From a virus (lineage: Duplodnaviria > Caudoviricetes): a stretch of 32,578 nt of DNA. Under the pieces are notes generated by a model, which had not been told where the DNA came from, made no database searches, and saw nothing but the letters and a program-made list of their open reading frames with translations. Positions 15,635-23,387 of the stretch are shown here, in pieces; position 1 is the first letter of the stretch, and the number at the start of each line of letters is the position of its first letter. The translations under genes were made by a program, and so were the position numbers. The stretch is from positions 1-32,578 of IMG/VR virus record IMGVR_UViG_3300020440_000003. One strand, given 5' to 3'.

Positions 15635-15873
15635 TAAGTTTCATCTGTTTCAAGATCTATAATATTTTTTATATCTTCAGAAATTTCTTTTGGCATATAA
15701 ATTTTTACAGTCATAGACACTTTAGGATTTTGTCCAGCAACTAAAGTATCTAAATATTTTTCAAAATGAAATCTAAACTCCTCTCTATGCAACCAGGCAA
15801 GATTATTTTTAGTTCTTTGTTTGCAGTCATATCGCCAAGCATAATCTAAATTTTTTTCTGTATATAAGATCAT
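15634..15873 (-). CDS. Hypothetical MILY-type protein, copy 1
   Basis: Paralog of 13592-13801; ATGA overlap with the N4/N6 MTase stop. Confidence 0.8.
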   Translation of the reverse strand: MILYTEKNLDYAWRYDCKQRTKNNLAWLHREEFRFHFEKYLDTLVAGQNPKVSMTVKIYMPKEISEDIKNIIDLETDET

Positions 15874-16829
15874 AAAATATTTATTTGTTGAAAAATTCCT
15901 AATTCTTTCTCTATCCTTTTCTTTGCTATTTTTACATATTCAGGATTAATCTCTACCATAATTGAGTTTCGATTTTGACTTTCAGCAACAATACAAGTTG
16001 TGCCACTACCACCAAAAGGATCAAACACAACGCCATTTTCAGGACACCCCGCTAACACACAAGGCTCAATCAAGTCTTTTGGAAAAGTTGCAAAGTGGGC
16101 CTCTTTGAATGGCTTTGTTGTTACTGTCCAGACAGATCTTTTATTTTTGTATGGCAAAGCTGTGATCTTTGCCAAACCACCTCTAGTGTCCATACCATGC
16201 TGTCCTACCCCTTTTTTAATTTTATCTGGAGAATTAGGTCCATTTGGGAACTTAGCCTTTTCTTTAATCGCCTCATTATCAAAGTAATACTTAACATTTT
16301 TACTTAATAAAAAAATATATTCATGTGCTTTGGTGCATCTATCTTTGACACTCTCTGGCATAGGATTAGGCTTGTGCCAGATAATATCTTGTCTTAGATA
16401 CCACCCGTCTTGCTGTAATGCGAAAGCTACACGCCAAGGTATTCCTGCCAAATCTTTATCCTTATAAAAAGAATGTCCATACATGTCTTTCTTACCACCT
16501 TTATGCAAGATGCCATATTTTTTTTGATTTTCGCCACCACCAGCTAGTGTTTGCTCTCTGGTTGAATATCTGCTTTTGCCACTTATATAACTATCTCCAA
16601 GATTTAACCAAACAGTTCCATCATCACGCAATACTCTTTTTACTTCCTTAAATACATTTACCAAGTTTTCTACAAATTCTTCTGGTGTATTTTCCATACC
16701 AAGTTGACCACCCTCACCATAATCACGCAATCCCCAATAAGGTGGTGAGGTGATACAAGTATTAACAGATTTATCAGGTATTTCTTTAAGTCTTTGAAAT
16801 ACGTTTCCCTTATAAATATTTATTCCCAA
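15870..16829 (-). CDS. N4-cytosine/N6-adenine DNA methyltransferase (beta class)
   Basis: TSPPY catalytic motif, IIWHKPNPMPES, HFATFP, DPFGGSGTT SAM-binding motif; GGAGG RBS with TTG start. Confidence 0.95.
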   Translation of the reverse strand: MGINIYKGNVFQRLKEIPDKSVNTCITSPPYWGLRDYGEGGQLGMENTPEEFVENLVNVFKEVKRVLRDDGTVWLNLGDSYISGKSRYSTREQTLAGGGENQKKYGILHKGGKKDMYGHSFYKDKDLAGIPWRVAFALQQDGWYLRQDIIWHKPNPMPESVKDRCTKAHEYIFLLSKNVKYYFDNEAIKEKAKFPNGPNSPDKIKKGVGQHGMDTRGGLAKITALPYKNKRSVWTVTTKPFKEAHFATFPKDLIEPCVLAGCPENGVVFDPFGGSGTTCIVAESQNRNSIMVEINPEYVKIAKKRIEKELGIFQQINIL

Positions 16830-18694
16830 TTTATACCTCCATTATCATTTATTGGCTCTAATATATTTTTTCTTCTAAATAAAGTTTTCACTTTACTGTC
16901 TATTTCTGAACTGTTCGCTTTCACTACTCCACATTTAACCACACGCATAGGATCAAAATCTACGCCTTGATCTGTACAGATTCTTTCCGCCTCACCTTCT
17001 GGGGCTAACCAAATTGCAATCGCAGCTCTATGACCATCTACAATAGAACTTGCTCCTCTAATGCTTGCTCTCGCTTGCATACTGTCCTCTGTGCCTGTTA
17101 AACCTGTTTTACCCATATGATGTATGCTTAAACAAGCACAATTAAATTTAGCCGATATTCTGGTTGCTAACTGACAATACATTTGACTTGCCTCTTGACT
17201 TGTTGTTATTGGAGCGTTCACGAATGATTGAATCGGATCAATTATGACTAACTCCAAGTCATTAATTGTTTCTAACTCTTCAATCAAATCTTCTGCCTGT
17301 GTTGTTATCTGTAAACCAGAACTATCTTCTTTGAGCAAAGTAAAGGGTTTGCCATAATCAGGTACAGTAAAAACAAACATATCGTAATTTGTTTCAAATC
17401 TTGTAAATTTTGGATCAAGAGCATTTACTCTTCTATGAATTTCTTGTCTATCATCTTCAGCCGCTAAAACGACAACATTGCCAGCTTTTTTTATTGGATT
17501 ATCCAACCAAATACCACTACCCCTTATTATCTTCAATCCTAAATCTAACGAGAGCATTGATTTACCAACGCCACCAATAGAGGCTAATAACATTGGTTTA
17601 GATTTTTCTACCAACCTATCAACTAACCACTCACGGGGCGGAGGATCTTCAACCAAGTTACGAACTGCATATTGTTTAAGTCCGATTCCTGTTTCTGATA
17701 ACTCCAACCTTACTTGTTCGATACCATGTTCGAGTGCTAGGTCGTTGAAATCTCCAGGTTTGCTTGGTATGCGTGCAATACAATTAGAAATTGCATTAGC
17801 ACAATCCTCCGCTTTTTGTTTCCCCAAGCCGCTTTTATCATTATCAAAGGCCACCAGAAACCTTGCATTAGTTTTTTCACGCAAGTTGGCTAAAGAGGCA
17901 AGGCCAAAATTTGCGGAAAAAATGCAGACAGAGGGGATGCCTGTTGCAAGATAACTGGTGACGGATGTTGCCATACCTTCACAAATAATTAATTTATCTA
18001 AATTTGGTAAATCGCTAATATTAAAACCGACTGGAAAAAAATTACCCTTAACTTCACTAGCGGAAACGAATCTTTTTTCTCCCTGTGCAGAAATATACTG
18101 CAAACTTCTGATTTCAGCATTTACATTGTAAATTGGCACTACTAAGAGCGTCTTATTTGCTCTCAGGCTTTCGCATTTTATTTTTTTGGTTTCTAAGTAG
18201 GGGTGTTTTTCAACCTGTTCATAGCTTTTAAATCTGTTTGCACAATCAACAGCTACTTCATCATAGCGTTCTAATTTGTGTTTTTCAGATTCCTCTTTGG
18301 CTTCTTTTAGTTTTTTCTGCAAATCATTACGTTCACGCACGCTCAGATCATTAGTCTGAACGCTCGACCACTTTTTTTCTTCGCCTGTACGCCAGTTCCC
18401 GTACGCACAAAAAGTATGCTTACCAAGTTGATTGACCGCATACCAACCAGATTTTTCACCATGCTTATCAGGTCTAGTAATAGAACTTGCTTTGACTGAG
18501 CAACGGACAAGTCCGCCACCCGTATCAAGATATGGCACGTCTAAACCAAAGTTATTAAGTTCTGTTAGCAAATCGTCTGTAGTTTTGCCTTTGCCCTCAA
18601 ATACTAAATTCTGATTTATTACAATGCCATCATTAAAGTATTTCGTCAGTTTGACCAAAATCTGTTTTCCCCGTTTCTGCTTGATAGTTTGCAA
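16820..18694 (-). CDS. DNA primase-helicase (Toprim + RepA/AAA_25-type helicase)
   Basis: KSGWY N-terminal domain, SLQYI...GEKRF, ICEG.AT, FDND..G, GDFND, Walker A GGVGKS, IIDP, HH.GK, RGASS. Start may be TTG at 18658. Confidence 0.92.
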   Translation of the reverse strand: MQTIKQKRGKQILVKLTKYFNDGIVINQNLVFEGKGKTTDDLLTELNNFGLDVPYLDTGGGLVRCSVKASSITRPDKHGEKSGWYAVNQLGKHTFCAYGNWRTGEEKKWSSVQTNDLSVRERNDLQKKLKEAKEESEKHKLERYDEVAVDCANRFKSYEQVEKHPYLETKKIKCESLRANKTLLVVPIYNVNAEIRSLQYISAQGEKRFVSASEVKGNFFPVGFNISDLPNLDKLIICEGMATSVTSYLATGIPSVCIFSANFGLASLANLREKTNARFLVAFDNDKSGLGKQKAEDCANAISNCIARIPSKPGDFNDLALEHGIEQVRLELSETGIGLKQYAVRNLVEDPPPREWLVDRLVEKSKPMLLASIGGVGKSMLSLDLGLKIIRGSGIWLDNPIKKAGNVVVLAAEDDRQEIHRRVNALDPKFTRFETNYDMFVFTVPDYGKPFTLLKEDSSGLQITTQAEDLIEELETINDLELVIIDPIQSFVNAPITTSQEASQMYCQLATRISAKFNCACLSIHHMGKTGLTGTEDSMQARASIRGASSIVDGHRAAIAIWLAPEGEAERICTDQGVDFDPMRVVKCGVVKANSSEIDSKVKTLFRRKNILEPINDNGGINWE

Positions 18695-19004
18695 AATTCA
18701 AATATTCTCTCACGATATTTGCAAACAGTTTCTCTCTATTTGTTTTACTCCATTCGTGCAATGTCCAAGTTTTTTCTGTTTTGGCTATTTTTAAATAAGT
18801 TTGTTTAGTTTCTTTAATAGCATAATGTAGCCCCTTTTCTGATAGCCTAGCTTTATTTTTAAGTTTTTCGCCTTTTTGCAATTTTCTTAAATGCGACATT
18901 GAACAAGCACCGAAAGTTTTTTTTGTATCAATAAGCAGATAACCTCTAGCGGGTGATTTGCAGTAACCACACAAGCTAGGGTTATCTTGCTTTAAATCAA
19001 ACAT
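18633..19004 (-). CDS. Hypothetical protein with CxxC...CxxxH zinc finger
   Basis: CGYC...ACSMSH; lies between SSB and primase. Confidence 0.7.
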   Translation of the reverse strand: MFDLKQDNPSLCGYCKSPARGYLLIDTKKTFGACSMSHLRKLQKGEKLKNKARLSEKGLHYAIKETKQTYLKIAKTEKTWTLHEWSKTNREKLFANIVREYLNFANYQAETGKTDFGQTDEIL

Positions 19005-19006
19005 TT

Positions 19007-19456
19007 CTAAAAAGGAATGTCTGGATCATCTTCTGGTTCTGCTTTTTTAGGTGTAACTTTTTTGGCTACAGCTTTTTTTTCAACTGCTTGCCAATTTTTG
19101 CCATAGTTATCATCAATTTCTGCATAACCAGATTCATTATTTTTTACCTCAACCGATACAGTTTTTCCTTTCAGTTCTTCTGTATTTTTGAGTTCTGTTA
19201 AACCAGCTGCATTAGCTAACATAGCCAATGATTGCCGACCAATATCAATCGCTTTAGGATTATTTGAACCAACAGTAAATGTGCAAGGCACAAAATGATT
19301 CGTTCCCTCAACTGAAAATAGCATTTTTATAGCTACCCATCCATTTTTTCCAGAGATTTCCTCTGCGCTAACATAACTTACGTTATATCTTCCTGGTTGT
19401 AACGCCTCTTGTTCAAGAGTTGCGTCCACCTCTAAGTCGTAATTGGATAAATCCAT
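19007..19456 (-). CDS. Single-stranded DNA-binding protein (DUF669-like)
   Basis: L.PGRY start and acidic DDPDIPF tail; AAGGAG RBS places the start at 19456; follows the Sak4-like gene. Confidence 0.78.
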   Translation of the reverse strand: MDLSNYDLEVDATLEQEALQPGRYNVSYVSAEEISGKNGWVAIKMLFSVEGTNHFVPCTFTVGSNNPKAIDIGRQSLAMLANAAGLTELKNTEELKGKTVSVEVKNNESGYAEIDDNYGKNWQAVEKKAVAKKVTPKKAEPEDDPDIPF

Positions 19457-19466
19457 TATTTTCTCC

Positions 19467-19616
19467 TTAACGCCAACACTTATAGTTTTGGCAATTTTCT
19501 TCATTTTCACCACAATATTTGCAAACTCCGTCCACAAATTGAGGTTCATCATCTTCTAAACTATCCCAAATCGGATGATCTGGATTATCTTTGTATTTAA
19601 AAGATTGTTTCTTCAT
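19467..19616 (-). CDS. Small Cys-rich protein (49 aa)
   Basis: MKKQSFKYKDNPDHPIWDSLEDDEPQFVDGVCKYCGENEENCQNYKCWR; ATGA coupling. Confidence 0.6.
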   Translation of the reverse strand: MKKQSFKYKDNPDHPIWDSLEDDEPQFVDGVCKYCGENEENCQNYKCWR

Positions 19617-20341
19617 TTCAACATTTCCTCACGAATAGTAGCCCAATCGAAAGGAAGTTCTTCTGGTAGGCCATATCTATTCTTTGCAAGATATGCTGGC
19701 TTTTCTACTGTGTAACATACTCTGTCACCGCTAACGGCTTTGGTAGTCATGTTGCCACCTTTACCTTGCACTTTAACTGTGCCTAATTTAAAACTAGCGA
19801 ACAAACAAGCGTCTGAGTGTTCAAGCAACAAGTCAGCAGCTTTTCTGTGAAGTTTAAGCTCGTGTCTATCAAAGGCTTCAATACGAGGATCTTCAACCTT
19901 TTTAATTTGGTTGTGTGCTATTTGGATAATAGTCATGCCTTTGTTTCTTAAGTCATTAAGAATATCAATGTATTCACGCCAATAACTCAAAACTGTGACA
20001 TAACCCTTACCAAAGCCAGGTTGCTCAATGGTTTTCCAGCCATTATCTTCACAAGCCTTGTTCCATATAAGTGGCTCTAACCAATCCAATGAATCTATGA
20101 TTAAGGTTTTAAAATCATGTTTCTCTTCTTGTAATGTTTTTAGATAGGACATGAAATCAGTATAAGATTTTGCAACAGGAAAATGATCTGCCTCTACTTT
20201 ACCTAAACCATCTTCAGTCAAAATAAAAATAGGTTTATTGGTAGTAGCTCCGAAAGAAGTTTTACCAACTCCAGCTCCACCATAAATTACAATTCTTGGC
20301 GGCTTGACTTTGGCTTTTTTCTTAATAAGTTCTAAGCTCAT
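19613..20341 (-). CDS. AAA_24/Sak4-like ATPase (ssDNA annealing/recombination)
   Basis: IYGGAGVGKTS, IIDSLDWLE, GFGKGY, IAH, AKNRYGLP. Confidence 0.88.
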   Translation of the reverse strand: MSLELIKKKAKVKPPRIVIYGGAGVGKTSFGATTNKPIFILTEDGLGKVEADHFPVAKSYTDFMSYLKTLQEEKHDFKTLIIDSLDWLEPLIWNKACEDNGWKTIEQPGFGKGYVTVLSYWREYIDILNDLRNKGMTIIQIAHNQIKKVEDPRIEAFDRHELKLHRKAADLLLEHSDACLFASFKLGTVKVQGKGGNMTTKAVSGDRVCYTVEKPAYLAKNRYGLPEELPFDWATIREEMLK

Positions 20342-20625
20342 TTTTCATCCTTACTAGATTTAACTACAGTTTTTTTTGGTAGCGCCTGTTCTAGTTTGTT
20401 GGCTTGGTTTGAAATGTAGGCATCTAAGATTTGATTTGTTCTTACCTCAAGTATTGCCTCATTATGTTTGTTCGCTCTAGCATTTTTAATCTCTAAAGCT
20501 GCACTCAACTCTGTCGCTAAAGGACGAGTTGAATCATCTAAATCTTCGTCAAAAACATCTCTACTTTCACCAGATTGTGAGGTTAAAGTAAAGAGTTTTT
20601 CTTTTGCATCAGTTTTTACCGACAT
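20338..20625 (-). CDS. Hypothetical protein
   Basis: AGGAG RBS; in operon. Confidence 0.7.
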   Translation of the reverse strand: MSVKTDAKEKLFTLTSQSGESRDVFDEDLDDSTRPLATELSAALEIKNARANKHNEAILEVRTNQILDAYISNQANKLEQALPKKTVVKSSKDEK

Positions 20626-21355
20626 TTTTTTCTCCTATATTTAAGTCCTGATAAACAGGACATTTCGCTTTCGCATTACAAAAGCGACAATGATCGCCAA
20701 AGACAAGCTCTGGCTCTTCTCTCTCGCAGGCATCAGTAGCCTCTTTAAGAAAACTGAAACCCCAATCGACTAGATCTGTTGCGGATATATCCCAACTTCT
20801 AATGGGTCCATCAGGGCTAAATGATCTTGGTTGCACAATGGTTAATTCAAGCGTTGTATCTTCGTTACCATAACGTGATAAAGCTCCTAAACCATAAATC
20901 ATTAACTGTGTATTATTTTTTGGATCAACAGGGAATTTGCCAGATTTAAGGTCGCATACAACTAATCTATTTTTTCCAATAATTAGTGCGTCAGCCGTTC
21001 CCCAAACATTTTGGCTTATCTCTTCTATTGATACTCTCTCTTCTATTAACAATTTTCCCTCTAGTTCTTTTTGCCTTTTTCTTACATAATCAACATATAC
21101 TTTGGCACAATCAATCATACTCTGATCTATTGTGATTATAAAATCTTCTATATTCTCCTCTTTATTTAAGTAATAATCTTCCAGCGTTATATTATCCAAG
21201 CGGTCTTTTAACTGCGCCTCAACCATTTGGTGAACTAATGTTCCATTAGCAGCAGCTTCAGACACTTGATAGGGTACATCCTGTGCCAACTTTGGCATAC
21301 CAGGACACTTCAACCAAATGTTAGAGGCTGAAGGGCTAAGAAGAGCATGAGCCAT
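20609..21355 (-). CDS. Cas4/RecB-like PD-(D/E)XK exonuclease (DUF2800-like)
   Basis: HA.LSPS...W..CP, GT..H, GTADAL, DLKSG, QLMIY, C-terminal CRFC.AKA.CP Fe-S cysteines. Confidence 0.88.
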   Translation of the reverse strand: MAHALLSPSASNIWLKCPGMPKLAQDVPYQVSEAAANGTLVHQMVEAQLKDRLDNITLEDYYLNKEENIEDFIITIDQSMIDCAKVYVDYVRKRQKELEGKLLIEERVSIEEISQNVWGTADALIIGKNRLVVCDLKSGKFPVDPKNNTQLMIYGLGALSRYGNEDTTLELTIVQPRSFSPDGPIRSWDISATDLVDWGFSFLKEATDACEREEPELVFGDHCRFCNAKAKCPVYQDLNIGEKNVGKN

Positions 21356-21548
21356 TACTTATATAAGATTTATTTTCTAATTCAATAATTTCTGCTAGAT
21401 CATATAAGACCTTGCCACCAATTTTGTAATAGTTTGGACCTTCACCACGACCACGCCAGTTTTCAATAGTTCTTGGGCTTTTATTCCAACGCTTCGCTAA
21501 CTGGCTTGTATTTAAGAAATTTCTCTCGTTGTTTGTATCTTCTTGCAT
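21336..21548 (-). CDS. Excisionase/AlpA-like HTH protein
   Basis: FLNT.QLA.RW..SPRT.ENWR..G.GP.Y.KIG..VLY; GGGAG RBS. Confidence 0.88.
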   Translation of the reverse strand: MQEDTNNERNFLNTSQLAKRWNKSPRTIENWRGRGEGPNYYKIGGKVLYDLAEIIELENKSYISNGSCSS

Positions 21549-21593
21549 AAAACTCCCTTTTTGTTCTATTTTGGTTTAGTATATACATAAAAA

Positions 21594-21617
21594 TACACTT
21601 TACAATGTAAAAGTGTA
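21594..21617. promoter_or_regulatory. Operator-like palindrome in the divergent control region
   Basis: TACACTTTACA-A-TGTAAAAGTGTA (one bulge); overlaps the -35 of a candidate leftward promoter TTGTAA-16-TATACT (21605-21578). Confidence 0.55.
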
Positions 21618-21635
21618 AAATTTTAGGAGAATATT

Positions 21636-21872
21636 ATGGGAATTAAAAAAGAGAATAATATGGTTGATAAACCAGCACACTACACAAAGGGATCTATTGA
21701 GTGTAAAGACGCAATAAAATCTGCTTTGGGTAGAGAGCAATACGAAGGATTTTTGCGTGGCAATATACTTAAATATGTATGGCGAGGTCCACATAAAGGT
21801 GAAAATCTGGAGGATTATAAAAAGGCTCGTTTTTGGCTTGATGAACTTATCTCCGAAATAGAGGAAATGTAA
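21636..21872 (+). CDS. DUF3310-like protein
   Basis: V..P.HYT.G.IEC.DAI...F.RGN.LKY.WR..HKG...ED..KA.F.L signature. Confidence 0.88.
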   Translation: MGIKKENNMVDKPAHYTKGSIECKDAIKSALGREQYEGFLRGNILKYVWRGPHKGENLEDYKKARFWLDELISEIEEM

Positions 21873-22120
21873 TGTTAAATGATATAAAAATAAGAAAAGA
21901 TGGCTTATTTGATGGCATTGATGATCCTATTCTTAACGAAAGATATGGCAAAAAAGCCTTGTGGATTGATAGATTTTTGCATAATAAATTGCAAAAAATA
22001 TCAAAAACCAAAAATAAAAACCCACAAGCAATAGCCGAATATCTAATTAGTTTGGGAATATCAACTGTTGAAAATTCTAATATGCCAACAGAAATTACTT
22101 TTGATATAGATAAATTATAA
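21872..22120 (+). CDS. Probable ribbon-helix-helix DNA-binding protein
   Basis: KALWID (strand), LHNKLQKIS (helix), PQAIAEYLI (helix) pattern; TAATG coupling. Confidence 0.55.
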   Translation: MLNDIKIRKDGLFDGIDDPILNERYGKKALWIDRFLHNKLQKISKTKNKNPQAIAEYLISLGISTVENSNMPTEITFDIDKL

Positions 22121-22963
22121 ATCTGTAATCAAGTTCTCAATATGGTTGCCAATCTTGTTGGCGTTCTCAATACTTTTCTCTTCGTGAATATGAGCATACC
22201 TTTGTGTCGTAGCTTGATCTCTGTGGCCAAGTAGTTCACCCACGTCAGCAAGTTTAACTACCTGTAATGACCAAGAGGCGTAACTGTGTCTAATGTCATG
22301 CAAACGCACATTATCAATATTGCAATTTTTTAATATAGTGTGCCAGGCACGTCTAGGTGATTTTATACCGACAATATAATCAGAATCTTTTGTAGTTTTA
22401 TCTAACATACCAAGAATCTGTGGGGATAAATATATAATTCGATCCTCACCTAGACGATCATTTTTATGATTTTTAATAATTAATTTGTTGTCGTGAATGT
22501 CTGTCCATTTAGCTTGTGCTATCTCACCTTTTCTAGCACCTGTTAATATCAATAACCAAATAAATAAAATTGATTTTTTATATATTGGATTTTTTTGCAG
22601 TCTGTTCATTTCACGCACAACAGCTATCAACTCTTTATTAGTTAAATATCTTTTGCGTTTATTTTCTCTATTTTTATTAATGTGTGTAGCTGGATTATTT
22701 TCTACCAAAGATAAAGTAATGGCTAAGTTAAACATAGCTTTAAGTGTAGTTAGTATGTTGTTAGCAACAAATGGCGCACGTTCAGATATACTTAAATGTA
22801 ATGATGCAATATCACCACGAATTATATCTGTAATTGGTTTATCACCAAGTATGGGTTTTATATTGTTGTCGTAAAGTTGATTAATTTTATTAGTGGTTTT
22901 ACAACCCCTACGTTTTAGATCACGAAGATACAGCTTGAATAACTGATTCAGATTTTGTTTCAT
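22115..22963 (-). CDS. int: Tyrosine recombinase/integrase (282 aa, no arm-binding domain)
   Basis: TGARKGE, HK, LHDIRHSYAS, LLGH and TQRYAH catalytic residues, all intact. Confidence 0.93.
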   Translation of the reverse strand: MKQNLNQLFKLYLRDLKRRGCKTTNKINQLYDNNIKPILGDKPITDIIRGDIASLHLSISERAPFVANNILTTLKAMFNLAITLSLVENNPATHINKNRENKRKRYLTNKELIAVVREMNRLQKNPIYKKSILFIWLLILTGARKGEIAQAKWTDIHDNKLIIKNHKNDRLGEDRIIYLSPQILGMLDKTTKDSDYIVGIKSPRRAWHTILKNCNIDNVRLHDIRHSYASWSLQVVKLADVGELLGHRDQATTQRYAHIHEEKSIENANKIGNHIENLITDL

Positions 22964-23387
22964 TTTTTCTCTCTCTTAATATATTTATTATCTCAATCGC
23001 AGTTTTCAATGATTCATGCGGATTGAAACTTTTAATAAATTCTAACTTCTTTTGATATGTTTTGCCAAGATTTTCGTTAGGTGCAAAAGTAACCTTATCT
23101 GAAGGTAGAAAAACAAAAGCGAAAATATCAACTTCTTCTTTATTATATAATCTTTGTTCTCCTGTATTTGATATTTTCTTTTTTATATCCCACCTTACCC
23201 AATCAGCATTGTTTCTTTCAAAAGGAGAGGCTGAAGTTTTTACTTGTATTTTATAAGATTTGTTATTAAGAACTGCTAAGAAATCGTAACGTGAGTGTGA
23301 TGGACATTCAAAGATCTCGTCAAAGTATCTAGCGAGGTAGCTGGCGGTGAGGTATTCCCCCGCACGGCCAACTTGGTTTGGTGTCAT
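22920..23387 (-). CDS. PD-(D/E)XK endonuclease
   Basis: GRAGE, RYDFL, KIQVKT, Y....VDIFAFV. Confidence 0.85.
   Translation of the reverse strand: MTPNQVGRAGEYLTASYLARYFDEIFECPSHSRYDFLAVLNNKSYKIQVKTSASPFERNNADWVRWDIKKKISNTGEQRLYNKEEVDIFAFVFLPSDKVTFAPNENLGKTYQKKLEFIKSFNPHESLKTAIEIINILRERKNETKSESVIQAVSS

Noticed and set aside
19457-19552. Longer start for the SSB ORF
   Set aside because: A strong RBS precedes 19456, and the upstream DNA encodes a separate 49-aa Cys-rich ORF.
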